From contig JBDRZU010000001.1 of the NCBI GenBank assembly GCA_039804105.1, forward strand, positions 544,001-608,000: a stretch of 64,000 nt of DNA, in the 5' to 3' direction. Origin of the DNA: a candidate division WOR-3 bacterium. Its GTDB lineage: Bacteria > Hydrothermota > 32-111. A model generated the notes under the pieces. The model did no database searches. It was not told where the DNA came from and was given only the letters and a program-made list of their open reading frames with translations. Shown one piece after another: positions 37,503 to 48,405 of this stretch; the stretch's first letter is position 1, and the number at the start of each line of letters is the position of its first letter. Made by a program: the position numbers and the translations under genes.

Positions 37503-38618
37503 ATGGAAAATGGAAAAAAGATTTTTGTTAACGGTTCATTTTTAATCGTTGAATCGATCGCAAGAGCAGGGGCTGACACATTTGTTGGGTATCCCATAAC
37601 ACCTTCGAACTATCTTTACCTGTACAGTTCAAAAAGGTTACCATTAACATTTCATGCTCCAGATGAAATAACTACACTACAATGGATGTCAGGACTTTCA
37701 GCAGCAGGAAGATTACCAATAACAGCAACATCATTCCCTGGATTCGCTTTGATGGTTGAGTCAATCAATATGGCTTTCATGATGGAACTTCCAATGGTGA
37801 TAATACTTGCCCAAAGGTTGGGGCCATCAACTGGAACTGCTACATGTGGTGCATCAGGTGATCTTTTACTCGTAAGAGGGATGATATCGGGTGGTTACCC
37901 CGTTCCAACATTGGCAATTTCTGACTTCAAAGATTGCTGGGAGATACCTGAAATCGCTATAAATACGGCAGTGAACTTAAGAACACCTGTCATAATTTTA
38001 ACCTCAAAAGAGATCACGATGACAAACAGAAGTTTTGAGATATCTTCTTTAAAAGAGATAAAAAAAGTTGAAAGAAAATTTTATAGTTCAGATGAAACAT
38101 ACATTCCATATAAACCTGAAAAAAATCTTGTTCCAGAGTTTTTGCCTCTATCATCAAACAAACATCAGATAAGAATAAACGCCTCAACACACGATCAGAA
38201 AGGTATATTGCAACATTCAACAAAGGAAGCACTTGAAAACAGTGCAAGGTTGTACAAAAAAATTGTTTCAAACATAAAAGATTTCACACTCTATGAATAT
38301 GATGAGGATGGAAACGAAAATCTTTTGATAAGTTTTGATGTGAGTTCTGTTGTGTGTAAAGAAGCGATGAAAGATTTAAGAAACGAAAAGAAGAAGGTCT
38401 CTTTGCTCGTTGCAAAAACTCTTGTGCCTGTTCCAGATGTTTACTATGAGATAATTTCGAAATACAAAAAGATTTTTGTTGTTGAAGAAAATCTAAACGG
38501 TCAACTGTGTGAAATGCTTTTTGGTAACAACATTCCTGATAATGTAATAAAGATAAATTCCATAGGTAAGATGATCAGCATAGATAAAATCAAAGAAGAG
38601 GTTAGAAAAAATGGATAA
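37503..38618 (+). CDS. 2-oxoacid:ferredoxin oxidoreductase alpha subunit
   Basis: GYPITP, DE, TATSxPG, QRxGPSTG and VEEN motifs. Confidence 0.88.
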   Translation: MENGKKIFVNGSFLIVESIARAGADTFVGYPITPSNYLYLYSSKRLPLTFHAPDEITTLQWMSGLSAAGRLPITATSFPGFALMVESINMAFMMELPMVIILAQRLGPSTGTATCGASGDLLLVRGMISGGYPVPTLAISDFKDCWEIPEIAINTAVNLRTPVIILTSKEITMTNRSFEISSLKEIKKVERKFYSSDETYIPYKPEKNLVPEFLPLSSNKHQIRINASTHDQKGILQHSTKEALENSARLYKKIVSNIKDFTLYEYDEDGNENLLISFDVSSVVCKEAMKDLRNEKKKVSLLVAKTLVPVPDVYYEIISKYKKIFVVEENLNGQLCEMLFGNNIPDNVIKINSIGKMISIDKIKEEVRKNG

Positions 38619-39873
38619 AAAATTCTTGAATTCAAATAAACTTCCATTCTGTGCTGGTTGTGGACACCACCTGATAGCACAGAACACAGAAAAAGCACTT
38701 GAAAAACTGAACATCGATCCACTGGATGTAATCCTCGTTTCTGACATTGGTTGTCATGGAATAATAGATAAATTTGCAAACTCACACACAGTCCATGGAT
38801 TACATGGAAGATCTGTTGCACTTGCAGCAGGAATTTCCCTTGGGCTAAAAAATAAAAACAAAAAAGTTATAGTTTTCATCGGTGATGGAGGTGCAACGAT
38901 TGGAATGCAGCACATTCTTGAGGCATCACGTCTTGACATAGATTTAACTGTCTTAATCCACAACAACATGCTTTATGGAATGACAGGTGGACAGGCAAGT
39001 GGATTAACTCCAAAAGGTTTTGTTACAACAACAACACCTGATAAAAGTAAAACAAGAAATTATGATATCTGTCAGATAGCACTCGCTGCAAAAGCGAGTT
39101 TTGTTGCAAGAGTAGTTGTGAAACCAGATTTTTCAAATATTATCGCTGATGCAATAAAAAATGATGGTTTTTCTTTAGTTGAGGCGATCGAGTTATGTCC
39201 AAGTTATGCTGTGAAGATGAACAAAGGTATGAAAATTTCTGAGATCCTGAAAGAGATTGGAGAGGAAGAGTTTGTTAAAAAGAATGAAAATTATAGGTGG
39301 GAATTTTATACAAATTCAACAGAGAACCTATTCGATAAGGTAAAAATACTTGAAAAAAAATATGAACATAAACTTGAAAAAACATTCTGTATACAACTAT
39401 CAGGTTCAGCTGGTGAAGGAGTTCAGACAGCAGGTGAAGCGTTCTGTTATGCTTCAATACTTTCAGGTCTCTCTGTTAACCATAGAGGAAGTTATCCTGT
39501 TACAGTGGGGGTAGGATTTTCAACAACTGAAATAATAATCTCTCCAGAACAAGATTGCACTTACAATGTGAATTCTCCAGATATAATAATCATAACATCT
39601 TTGGATGGACTCAATGTTAACATTGAAAAGTTGAAAAGTTTTAAGGGGATACTCTATCTTGATAACTCACTTGAAACACCTCAAACCGAAGCAAAAATTA
39701 TCAGATACGATTTCCGAAAATTTGGTGCAAAAAATAGTGCGGTTTTCTCGTTGTTTTACATTTTAAAAGAAAAAGAGATATATCCAATCGATGCTTTAAT
39801 AGATGGGCTTGAACTTGCAAATCTGAAAGATAAGGTTGATCTTGAAAAATTTAAACAAGATTTGAACATTTAA
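38611..39873 (+). CDS. 2-oxoacid:ferredoxin oxidoreductase fused beta-gamma subunit
   Basis: FCAGCGH, DIGC, HGR, GDG...NN..YGMTGGQ (TPP binding), CP, then gamma-type GSAGEGVQ. Confidence 0.88.
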   Translation: MDKKFLNSNKLPFCAGCGHHLIAQNTEKALEKLNIDPLDVILVSDIGCHGIIDKFANSHTVHGLHGRSVALAAGISLGLKNKNKKVIVFIGDGGATIGMQHILEASRLDIDLTVLIHNNMLYGMTGGQASGLTPKGFVTTTTPDKSKTRNYDICQIALAAKASFVARVVVKPDFSNIIADAIKNDGFSLVEAIELCPSYAVKMNKGMKISEILKEIGEEEFVKKNENYRWEFYTNSTENLFDKVKILEKKYEHKLEKTFCIQLSGSAGEGVQTAGEAFCYASILSGLSVNHRGSYPVTVGVGFSTTEIIISPEQDCTYNVNSPDIIIITSLDGLNVNIEKLKSFKGILYLDNSLETPQTEAKIIRYDFRKFGAKNSAVFSLFYILKEKEIYPIDALIDGLELANLKDKVDLEKFKQDLNI

Positions 39874-39876
39874 CTT

Positions 39877-40791
39877 CTAAACAAGTTCTGCTATCGCCCT
39901 TGCGATAAGCATTGAATTGAACCTTCTGTCAGCTCCATCTGATCTTGAGTTCAAAACAACCGGAACTGAAGCACCAAGAACAACTCCACCACTTTTTGCA
40001 TCAGCATGGAATTTGTATGCTTTCCCAAGGATGTTTCCACTTTCAAGGTTTGGAACTATAAGTATATCAGGATCACCTGCAACTTCTGAACCTTTCAACT
40101 TCTTACTATCAGCAGATTTTTTATCTATCGCTGTATCATACGCTAAAGGACCATCGATTATAAATCCTTTTATCTGCCCTCTCTGATACATTTGTGTTAA
40201 ACACGCAGCATCGATGGTAGATTCAACTTTTGTGTTTATAACCTCAAGAGCAGAAAGTAAAGCAACTTTTGGGGTTTCGATTTCAAGAGCGTTGTATAAA
40301 ATTTTTGTATTCTCAATAATATATTTTTTTTCTTCCATCGTTGGAACAGGTATTATAGCGTTATCTGTGACAGAGATGAATTTATGGTATGAAGGCATTT
40401 CAAAAAGTGTAAGGTTTGAAAGAACACCTGATTTTTTTATTCCTGTTTCCTTATCAAGTATAGGTTTTAAATAAAATACGGTTTCAAGTTTCCCTTTAAC
40501 AAGGATCTCAGCTTTTTTCTCTTTAATGTATTTCACAGCAAGTTTCCCTGATTCCTCATCAGAAGAAGAATCAACTATCTCAAAATCGTTTAAATTTTCA
40601 CCAAAATCTTTTATTATATTCTCTATTTTTTGAGCATCTCCAATAAGTATTGGAGTTTTTACTATTCCAACTTTCATCGATTCAACTACACTTTCAATCA
40701 CATCCTTATCATGTGCTGCCGCAACAACAACCCTTTTTGCAGACATTTTTAAAACTTTTTCCTTTAATTCACTAAAACTTTTTATTCCCAT
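39877..40791 (-). CDS. ptb: Phosphate butyryl/acyltransferase
   Basis: VKG, TDNAI, DGPLAYD, PNLESGN and SRSD motifs; GGAGG RBS before ATG 40791. Confidence 0.88.
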   Translation of the reverse strand: MGIKSFSELKEKVLKMSAKRVVVAAAHDKDVIESVVESMKVGIVKTPILIGDAQKIENIIKDFGENLNDFEIVDSSSDEESGKLAVKYIKEKKAEILVKGKLETVFYLKPILDKETGIKKSGVLSNLTLFEMPSYHKFISVTDNAIIPVPTMEEKKYIIENTKILYNALEIETPKVALLSALEVINTKVESTIDAACLTQMYQRGQIKGFIIDGPLAYDTAIDKKSADSKKLKGSEVAGDPDILIVPNLESGNILGKAYKFHADAKSGGVVLGASVPVVLNSRSDGADRRFNSMLIARAIAELV

Positions 40792-40802
40792 CTTTCCTCC
40801 AT

Positions 40803-41891
40803 TCAAACTTTCACAGGCCAGGTCAAATATTTTTCTTCACCTTTTAAAACTCTATAAACACCTAGAGCCAAAGATTCGTTTTCGTTACTCCCCGGGAAAA
40901 CATAGATCTTTCCAATCTTGCCAACCTTTCTTGTTAAATCTTTCACAAGTTTCTCAGAATAAGCCATTCCACCAGTCAAAATTATCCCATCGATTTCAAA
41001 ATCCATAACCGAACCCATCGCTCCAATCTCTTTTGCAATCTGATAAACCATCGCATTGTAAATCAGTTCAGCATACTTATCACCATTTTCGATCATCTTC
41101 AGAACTTCTCTTAGATCCTTTGTCTTTAAATAACCATACAATCCACCTTCACCATAAAGTTTTTTCATTATCTGTTCTTTTGTATATTGACCCGAGAAAC
41201 AGGCGTTCACAAGTGGTATCGGTGGAACTCCACCTGCTCTTTCTGCTGTAAATGGAGCACTCTCCATCCTGTTATCGTTATCAACGATTTTCCCTTCAAC
41301 AAAAGCGGCTATCGAAAATCCAGCACCAAGATGTGCAACAACACATTTGATCCTGTTAAAATCTATGTTCAACATCTCAGAAAGTTTTCTAACCGTTGCC
41401 CTGATGTTAAGAGCATGGACAAAAGAAAATCTTGGAAAATCTTTTGCACCTGAAATTCTTGCAACATCTGTAAACTCGTCTACACTTACAGGATCAACTA
41501 TAAACGAATCAACATTATTCTCTTTTGCAACTCTATAAGCGAGTGGTGCACCAAGGTTTGAAGCATGCTGATAGACCGGTGTGTAAAGTGAAAAATGGAC
41601 AAGTTCCTCATTTATTTTTATAACTCCACTTGGAACCGGGGTCAACATACCTCCTCGACCTGCTGTTGCAACGATTTTATAACCATCTCTCATATTCCTG
41701 TTTAAAAAATCTTTTACCTTCTCATACCTGTAATCAACCTGTGATGTTATATCTTTAAAAGATTTTATCTCTTCTGTTGGATGCTCGATGTTTTCTGAGA
41801 CAACCTCTTCTATACCTTTTTCAACTATTTTATAAATAGAACATTTTGTTGTTGTTGCACCGGGATTCACTGAAAAAATAATTTCAACCAT
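40803..41891 (-). CDS. buk: Butyrate (branched-chain carboxylate) kinase
   Basis: NPGATTTK, GRGG, HASNLG, DPVSVDE, HALN, AHLGAG and TGG motifs. Confidence 0.92.
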   Translation of the reverse strand: MVEIIFSVNPGATTTKCSIYKIVEKGIEEVVSENIEHPTEEIKSFKDITSQVDYRYEKVKDFLNRNMRDGYKIVATAGRGGMLTPVPSGVIKINEELVHFSLYTPVYQHASNLGAPLAYRVAKENNVDSFIVDPVSVDEFTDVARISGAKDFPRFSFVHALNIRATVRKLSEMLNIDFNRIKCVVAHLGAGFSIAAFVEGKIVDNDNRMESAPFTAERAGGVPPIPLVNACFSGQYTKEQIMKKLYGEGGLYGYLKTKDLREVLKMIENGDKYAELIYNAMVYQIAKEIGAMGSVMDFEIDGIILTGGMAYSEKLVKDLTRKVGKIGKIYVFPGSNENESLALGVYRVLKGEEKYLTWPVKV

Positions 41892-41949
41892 TAAAAACTC
41901 CTTTTTAAAAGTAATATTTTATATTTTTAAAGATTTTTATCAAGGGAAA

Positions 41950-44367
41950 TTATTTTAACATTATTATCTTTTTTCTGTTTATCTTTTGACCATCTGAAAA
42001 TATCACAAAATAAACTCCTGTTGAAAATTTTTTTACATCAGTTATGTTGAACTCTCCATCACCTTTTTTTATCAATCTTCCAGTTAAATCATATACATGA
42101 TAAAACTTCCTCAATGTCTTAAAATTTTCTTCACAAAAAATTTTATCATCCTCAACTTTTCCTGAACTTTTACTTTTTACATAAATTTTAATGTTGAAAT
42201 AATTTGAAGAAGTATCATCATTTCTTTTTAACACCACATCGTAACTTAAAAGAGAATCGTTTAAGATAAAAGGTGCTTTGAAATAAAATGTTTTTATTCC
42301 ATTTTGTCCAGGAAGAGTGTTATTTCCATAACTTTTTGCGAAAGTTGAATCGGTCCAGAAATTTTCATAGAAAAATAAAGATTTTTCAGAAAAACTCATT
42401 CCAAAAATTGAATCGAGAGAAACATATCCAGTATTTTTCAAATAAAGTTTAACCTCAAAAGAATCTCCTGAAAAGACAGTATCAGGATAAATTATAGAAT
42501 CTATAAAAATTTCACAATCGTTAAACGAAGATAGGTCATCAAAAATTTGAGCATAACTTGTATAGTATATAAAACCGGTTCTGTTTGAATCAGGTAAAAT
42601 TATCCGTACCCAACCACCTGTAAAAGAATCAACAACGAATACCTGATTATATGCAACTTGAGTTAATACTGGATAAGTTGTAGAAGGACCAGATCTAACA
42701 TTCAAAAGAGATGCTGTGATCCTTGCAACTTTAAAAGAGTTATCACCTTCAAGATATTTCAGATTGACTCCATCACCACCATAAACATAAGCATAATAAG
42801 GGAAAGATGCAGAAGGATAATATATTTTATACCAATATCCGTCATAATCAAAAGCAACAAATTTTTCTCCATAGTTTGAGATATTCAAAATATCATAAAA
42901 AGTTGACGGCCCGGTTCTAACATTTAAGTTCGAAGTGTTCACTTCTACAATGAAATGTTTTAAAGGAACAGTCAAAAAAAATTCTTCTCTTAAAACAGTC
43001 CAAAGGTCTATTGTGCCGTCATCATAACCGAGAGCCCAACATCCAGCTCCTTGTAATTTTTTATCTTTTACTATCCCTAACTTATACCTTATTGAAGAAG
43101 AATCATCATAAAAACATTGATGGTATGAAGTTGAATAATAAGTGTAGTAAGGTGTTTTTGAATAGTTATCAAATTTTCTACCATAATTTGAACTGTAAAC
43201 TTTTGCATTTTTAAAAATTACCGAACTTGCTGTTCCAGTTGTTTTTGATTTTAAAGTGTCCGACTCTGTTGGCCAGTCATAACCATAATAAGGGATTCCA
43301 AGAACAAGTTTTTCTGGATCCACTCCAAGTGAAAGAATATCGTTTATTGAGGTATTCACAGCGTAATAGCCCCAGAACGAAGAGTTGAATGTTGGAGCAA
43401 CAGGACCAGCTTCCGTTGAGCCAGACCAGTGGTAATCATAACACATAACAAAAAGTCCATCAGCATAAGTTGAAATTGCAATATAATTGTATCCAGGATA
43501 CCATTGATAAACAGGTGGAACAGCAATGTAAAGTTCTTTTCTTCTTGAAAACTGTGTATGTAGTTTGGTTGCAAGTTCCTGAATAAAAAGTGTAAAAGAA
43601 TCTCTAACAGACGATGAAACAAATTCAAAATCTATATTGACTCCATCAAGAGAATATGCGTTTACATAATTTAAAATGCTGTTGATACAATTATCTCTTG
43701 AAGTTTTACTGTTTAAAAGTGTTGATACAGAGGTTGTTCCAAAAAGTGTGAAGGTTAAATGAACCTTTACACCTCTTTTATGTGCATCGTTATAAATTTT
43801 TGTAAACCTTGAAGGATTCGGAAATGAACCCAAACTTCCATCAGAGTTAACATCGATCGAAAAATATGATATGTGTGTTAAAAGATCATATTGAAAATTT
43901 GCATAGTACAATGTATCTATCCAGTAAGGGAGATATCCGTAATAGTTATACACAAGACCTTTTGAAGATTTTTCTTCAAACTCAACTTTTAAACCACCAG
44001 GATAGCCCCAATAAACATTCTTTAAATTTTTTTTATAATCTTCATAATGGATAGATGGAAAAATTTTAATCAAAGGAAAAAATAATAAAAATAAAAAAAA
44101 GATTTTTCTTTTATTTTTCATAATTAAAAAAATAACAGATAATGTAACAATTATAACAATAAAAGGTAATATCAGAAAAAAAAGATTTGTTTCCTTTTTG
44201 ACACTGTTATTTTTTTCAAGATCAAATACAGCACTATCCTGTTTTGTTGTTTCATAAATCTCTTTTTCATACCTGTGTATTGAAATTTTTCCTGTATCCT
44301 CAAATACCTGAGCATAAGAAAAAATTAAAAAAAAACTTAAAATTATAAAAAGGTTATATTTTTTCAT
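41950..44367 (-). CDS. Secreted GH18 hydrolase with two SH3b domains and T9SS-like CTD
   Basis: DGVNIDFE, MCYDY, LGIPYYG, WALG; LNVRTGPST and LNVRSGPST SH3b repeats; CTD YDLTGR...GVYF. Confidence 0.85.
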   Translation of the reverse strand: MKKYNLFIILSFFLIFSYAQVFEDTGKISIHRYEKEIYETTKQDSAVFDLEKNNSVKKETNLFFLILPFIVIIVTLSVIFLIMKNKRKIFFLFLLFFPLIKIFPSIHYEDYKKNLKNVYWGYPGGLKVEFEEKSSKGLVYNYYGYLPYWIDTLYYANFQYDLLTHISYFSIDVNSDGSLGSFPNPSRFTKIYNDAHKRGVKVHLTFTLFGTTSVSTLLNSKTSRDNCINSILNYVNAYSLDGVNIDFEFVSSSVRDSFTLFIQELATKLHTQFSRRKELYIAVPPVYQWYPGYNYIAISTYADGLFVMCYDYHWSGSTEAGPVAPTFNSSFWGYYAVNTSINDILSLGVDPEKLVLGIPYYGYDWPTESDTLKSKTTGTASSVIFKNAKVYSSNYGRKFDNYSKTPYYTYYSTSYHQCFYDDSSSIRYKLGIVKDKKLQGAGCWALGYDDGTIDLWTVLREEFFLTVPLKHFIVEVNTSNLNVRTGPSTFYDILNISNYGEKFVAFDYDGYWYKIYYPSASFPYYAYVYGGDGVNLKYLEGDNSFKVARITASLLNVRSGPSTTYPVLTQVAYNQVFVVDSFTGGWVRIILPDSNRTGFIYYTSYAQIFDDLSSFNDCEIFIDSIIYPDTVFSGDSFEVKLYLKNTGYVSLDSIFGMSFSEKSLFFYENFWTDSTFAKSYGNNTLPGQNGIKTFYFKAPFILNDSLLSYDVVLKRNDDTSSNYFNIKIYVKSKSSGKVEDDKIFCEENFKTLRKFYHVYDLTGRLIKKGDGEFNITDVKKFSTGVYFVIFSDGQKINRKKIIMLK

Positions 44368-44459
44368 ATTTTATATGATAAAACTTTCAAAAAATATGTC
44401 AACTTCTTTCAAAATTTTCTATTGACTTAACAAACTTTTTTTTTATAATAATGGAACTT

Positions 44460-45782
44460 ATGACTTTAATTAGAAGTGTTTCGGGAATAAGAGGTTTAAC
44501 AGGTAAAGACCTCAATAATGTAAATGTTGCACATTTTGCTTCAATCTTTGCAGATTTCATTGGGAAAGGGACAGTAATCGGTGGAAGGGATACAAGAAAA
44601 TCTGGTGAAATTCTTTCGAACATTTTTATCAATTCTCTGAATTTTAAAGGTATTGATACGATATTTTGTGGTATAGTTCCAACACCAACGATTCTTTTTC
44701 TTGTAAAAAAACTAAAACTTTCAGGTGGTTTTATCATAACAGCATCCCATAATCCAAAAGAATACAATGGGATTAAGTTTGTTTCGAGTTGTGGGAGATT
44801 TTTGAACAGAAAAGATTATATCACTTTTATGAACTATGAGCAAAATCCTCTCCCATTCAAAGAGAATTATAAAAACAACATAAACGATTTCAACCTTTAC
44901 AAAAAACATATAAAAGAAGTTCTTTCGATACCATTTATTAACAGATCAAAAATAAAAAGAAGAAAGTTAAAGGTTGTTTTTGATGGTGGTAGTGGTGCTG
45001 GTAGTATCATAATTCCTGAACTTCTTGACAACCTTGGTGTAAAACTTTCCACAATCAATACAAACATAGATGGAAAATTTAACAGAAACCTTGAACCTGT
45101 CCCTGATAATCTCAAAGAACTTGTGAAAGAGGTTAAAAACAAAAAAGCTGATATAGGTTTTGCAACAGACGGAGATGGAGACAGAATCGCGATAGTTACA
45201 CCAGAAAAAGGTGCAATATCAGAAGAGTACACGATAACAATTTCAGGACTTTACGCTCTTTCGAAGTTGAAACCCAAAAGGATAGTTATAAATCAATCGA
45301 CAAGCAGTATGCTCGAAATACTTGCAAAGAAAAATAATTTCACAGTTTTAAGAGCACCTGTTGGAGAAGCGAATGTTGTTGATTCAATAATTTTAAACAA
45401 AGCACCGATTGGTGGAGAAGGAAACGGTGGAGTTATACTTCCATCAGTAAATCTCACAAGGGATGCACTGGTTGCAATCACATTGATTCTTGGTCACCTC
45501 GCTGAAAGCAAAAAAGATATAGATGAGATAATAGATGAATTGCCAAAACTTTATATGGTCAAGAAAAAATATGATATAAACTCATCTGCAGCACTCGAAA
45601 GGATTGAAAATGAGTTTAAAGGAGTACCTCTTGATAACACTGATGGGTTAAGGTTCACTTTTGAAGATGGATTTTTACATATAAGAAGATCTGGAACAGA
45701 ACCTTTAATAAGATTGATATGTGAATTTACAACACCTCAAAGAACTTCTGAAATGATAAAAAGGGTTGAGGGATTACTTTAA
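44460..45782 (+). CDS. glmM: Phosphoglucosamine mutase / phosphohexomutase
   Basis: SGIRG, TASHNP, DGDGDR, GEGNGG and RRSGTEP motifs; directly upstream of glmS. ATG 44460 preferred because ATG 44451 abuts the -10 box. Confidence 0.88.
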   Translation: MTLIRSVSGIRGLTGKDLNNVNVAHFASIFADFIGKGTVIGGRDTRKSGEILSNIFINSLNFKGIDTIFCGIVPTPTILFLVKKLKLSGGFIITASHNPKEYNGIKFVSSCGRFLNRKDYITFMNYEQNPLPFKENYKNNINDFNLYKKHIKEVLSIPFINRSKIKRRKLKVVFDGGSGAGSIIIPELLDNLGVKLSTINTNIDGKFNRNLEPVPDNLKELVKEVKNKKADIGFATDGDGDRIAIVTPEKGAISEEYTITISGLYALSKLKPKRIVINQSTSSMLEILAKKNNFTVLRAPVGEANVVDSIILNKAPIGGEGNGGVILPSVNLTRDALVAITLILGHLAESKKDIDEIIDELPKLYMVKKKYDINSSAALERIENEFKGVPLDNTDGLRFTFEDGFLHIRRSGTEPLIRLICEFTTPQRTSEMIKRVEGLL

Positions 45783-47630
45783 ATGTGTGGTATAGTAGGT
45801 TATATAGGTGAAAAAAGAGCTATTGACATCCTTTTGAACGGTTTGAAAAGGTTGGAATATAGAGGATATGATTCTTCAGGTATCTCTTTTTATTGTGATG
45901 AAGAAAAGAAGCTTGAGATAATCAAGAAATCTGGAAAAATCAAAGATCTTGTAAAAGAGATTGAAAAAAGGAAACCATGTGCTTCACATATTGGAATAGC
46001 ACACACAAGATGGGCAACACATGGTGAACCAAGCGATATCAACGCTCATCCACATTCTGATTGTAATGAAAAAATTTCTCTCGTTCATAATGGTATAATA
46101 GAAAATTATAGAACTTTAAAAAGTTTTCTTGTTGAAAAAGGTCATAAATTTAAATCCGAAACAGATACCGAAGTTTTAGTCCATCTGATAGAACATCTTT
46201 ATAAAGGCAACCTCCTTGAAGCTGTAAAAAAATCTTTGAAGATGGTAGATGGAACTTATGGAATACTTGTCCTTTCTTCATATGAACCAAATACAATAAT
46301 CGCTGCAAGAAAAGGAAGCCCTTTGATAATCGGAAAAGCAAACAATCAGATGATAGCAGCATCTGATGCTTCCGCAATAGTTTCTATTACGAACCAGATC
46401 CTATATATGCAAGATTACGATATAGCAAAAATAACAAAGGATGATGTTGAGATTTTCAATATTGAAACAGACCAGATTACAGATAGCGAATTTGAACAGA
46501 TCGATATGACTCTCTCTCAGATTGAAAAAGGTGGATACAACCACTTTATGGAAAAAGAGATATTCGAACAACCTGAAGCGTTGAAAAACACTTTCAGAGG
46601 AAGAATCGATAAAGCCAGTGGAACATTCAGATTGAACGGTATAAAAGATAAGTTTAACGATCTTTTGAATGCAGAAAGGATAATAATAACAGCATGTGGA
46701 ACTTCATGGCACGCATCACTTATCGGGAAATATCTTATCGAAAAATTCACCCAGATTCCAGTTGAGATTGATTACGCTTCAGAGTTTAGATATAGAAATC
46801 CGATAATAACTCCAAAAACGGTTGTAATACTTGTGAGCCAATCAGGTGAAACTGCTGATACACTCGCCGCTTTAAGGGAAAGCAAAAACAAAGGTGCAAC
46901 AACTATTGGAATCTGTAATGTGGTCGGTTCGACGATAGCAAGAGAAACAGATTGTGGAATATACACACACGTTGGACCTGAAATAGGTGTTGCATCAACA
47001 AAAGCGTTTACAGCACAGGTTCTCGTATTCTTTATGTTATCGGTTGCACTCGGAAGAAAAAAAATGTTAACATTTGAAGATGGTGTTAATTTTATAAAAA
47101 ATGTTGAAACGATTCCTGACAAGATAAATGAAATTTTAAATGATAAAGAAACAATATCAAAAATAGACAAAATCGTTGAAAAAATTTATAACAAAACAAA
47201 TTTTCTTTATCTTGGAAGAGGGATAAACTATCCTGTTGCTCTTGAAGGTGCTTTGAAATTAAAAGAAATTTCATATATCCATGCCGAAGGCTACCCTGCT
47301 GCTGAAATGAAACATGGGCCAATAGCACTTATTGATGAAAATATGCCCGTCCTTTTCATTTCATTAAAAGATAGTATTTATGAAAAAATTATCAACAACA
47401 TAAAAGAGATAAAAGCAAGAAAAGGTTATGTTATAGCGATAGCAAACAAAGGTGATGATGAAATTGAAAATATTGTTGATGATGTTATTCATATACCTGA
47501 TACTATTGAAGAACTTTCTCCACTTCTTTCAGTGATACCTTTACAGCTCATCGCATATAAAACGGCTGTAAAAAAAGGTCTTGATGTTGATATGCCAAGA
47601 AATTTGGCCAAATCCGTTACAGTTGAATGA
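45783..47630 (+). CDS. glmS: Glutamine-fructose-6-phosphate aminotransferase
   Basis: MCGIVG, HTRWATHG, SQSGETAD and PRNLAKSVTVE. Confidence 0.98.
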   Translation: MCGIVGYIGEKRAIDILLNGLKRLEYRGYDSSGISFYCDEEKKLEIIKKSGKIKDLVKEIEKRKPCASHIGIAHTRWATHGEPSDINAHPHSDCNEKISLVHNGIIENYRTLKSFLVEKGHKFKSETDTEVLVHLIEHLYKGNLLEAVKKSLKMVDGTYGILVLSSYEPNTIIAARKGSPLIIGKANNQMIAASDASAIVSITNQILYMQDYDIAKITKDDVEIFNIETDQITDSEFEQIDMTLSQIEKGGYNHFMEKEIFEQPEALKNTFRGRIDKASGTFRLNGIKDKFNDLLNAERIIITACGTSWHASLIGKYLIEKFTQIPVEIDYASEFRYRNPIITPKTVVILVSQSGETADTLAALRESKNKGATTIGICNVVGSTIARETDCGIYTHVGPEIGVASTKAFTAQVLVFFMLSVALGRKKMLTFEDGVNFIKNVETIPDKINEILNDKETISKIDKIVEKIYNKTNFLYLGRGINYPVALEGALKLKEISYIHAEGYPAAEMKHGPIALIDENMPVLFISLKDSIYEKIINNIKEIKARKGYVIAIANKGDDEIENIVDDVIHIPDTIEELSPLLSVIPLQLIAYKTAVKKGLDVDMPRNLAKSVTVE

Positions 47631-48274
47631 AAAAATTGTTTTATATTATTCTTATTTTACCTTTAATAATATTCCCTTCTATAAAAAAAGAAACACTCAT
47701 AAAAAATTTTGATCAGAAAGAAAAAATTTACGAATCCACAATAAAGTATCTAAAGATTGAAACTTTTACGAAATTTGATTATGGTGAAATACTTTATTAC
47801 AATTCTTATATAGAAGATTTTATAGATTCTTTAAAAATAAAATCCTTTTTATATGATACAACATTCAAAGATACTGTATCATACCTCTATAAAATAAAAA
47901 AGAATTCACCTGTGGTTACAAAATTTCTTCCTGAAGAAAAAAATTTAATACTTTATCCGGAAAATATTTTTAAAGGGATGAATCTGAAATATCTTTTACC
48001 TGATTCGTTTACAATCGAGGATGATGGAAAAAATTTAATTTTAAAAAATGTAAAGAGAAATGAACCTTTGGTTTATATAGTTTTTGATAAAAAAGATTTA
48101 AGTTTAAAAGAGTTGAGTTTAAAAAACATTTACGATCAGATCATCTTCAAAGTGATAAAAAATAGATATCTGAAAAATGGTATAGTTCTACCAGACAGTT
48201 ATGAAATAACTGGAGTAAACAATAAAACTGTTTCTTACACAAAAATAAAAAATTTAACTGTTCAATACAGATGA
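47627..48274 (+). CDS. Exported hypothetical protein
   Basis: ATGA overlap with glmS; N-terminal signal-like segment. Confidence 0.65.
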   Translation: MKKLFYIILILPLIIFPSIKKETLIKNFDQKEKIYESTIKYLKIETFTKFDYGEILYYNSYIEDFIDSLKIKSFLYDTTFKDTVSYLYKIKKNSPVVTKFLPEEKNLILYPENIFKGMNLKYLLPDSFTIEDDGKNLILKNVKRNEPLVYIVFDKKDLSLKELSLKNIYDQIIFKVIKNRYLKNGIVLPDSYEITGVNNKTVSYTKIKNLTVQYR

Positions 48275-48405
48275 GAAAAAAAATAATCTTTTTTGCTCTT
48301 CTTTTGATTTTTTTAATATTACTTTTAGTTGGAATAATTTTAAAACAATATGATCTTGTTTACAATTTTGGAAGGTTCATCTGTTTTGATTGTATCGGTC
48401 TATGA
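48271..48405 (+). CDS. 44-aa membrane peptide with C-terminal CxxCIG (CD1871A-like), absent from the ORF track
   Basis: MRKKIIFFALLLIFLILLLVGIILKQYDLVYNFGRFICFDCIGL; ATGA overlaps at both ends. Confidence 0.85.
   Translation: MRKKIIFFALLLIFLILLLVGIILKQYDLVYNFGRFICFDCIGL

Noticed and set aside
45760..45790. glmS ribozyme
   Set aside because: glmS starts immediately after the glmM stop, leaving no leader.
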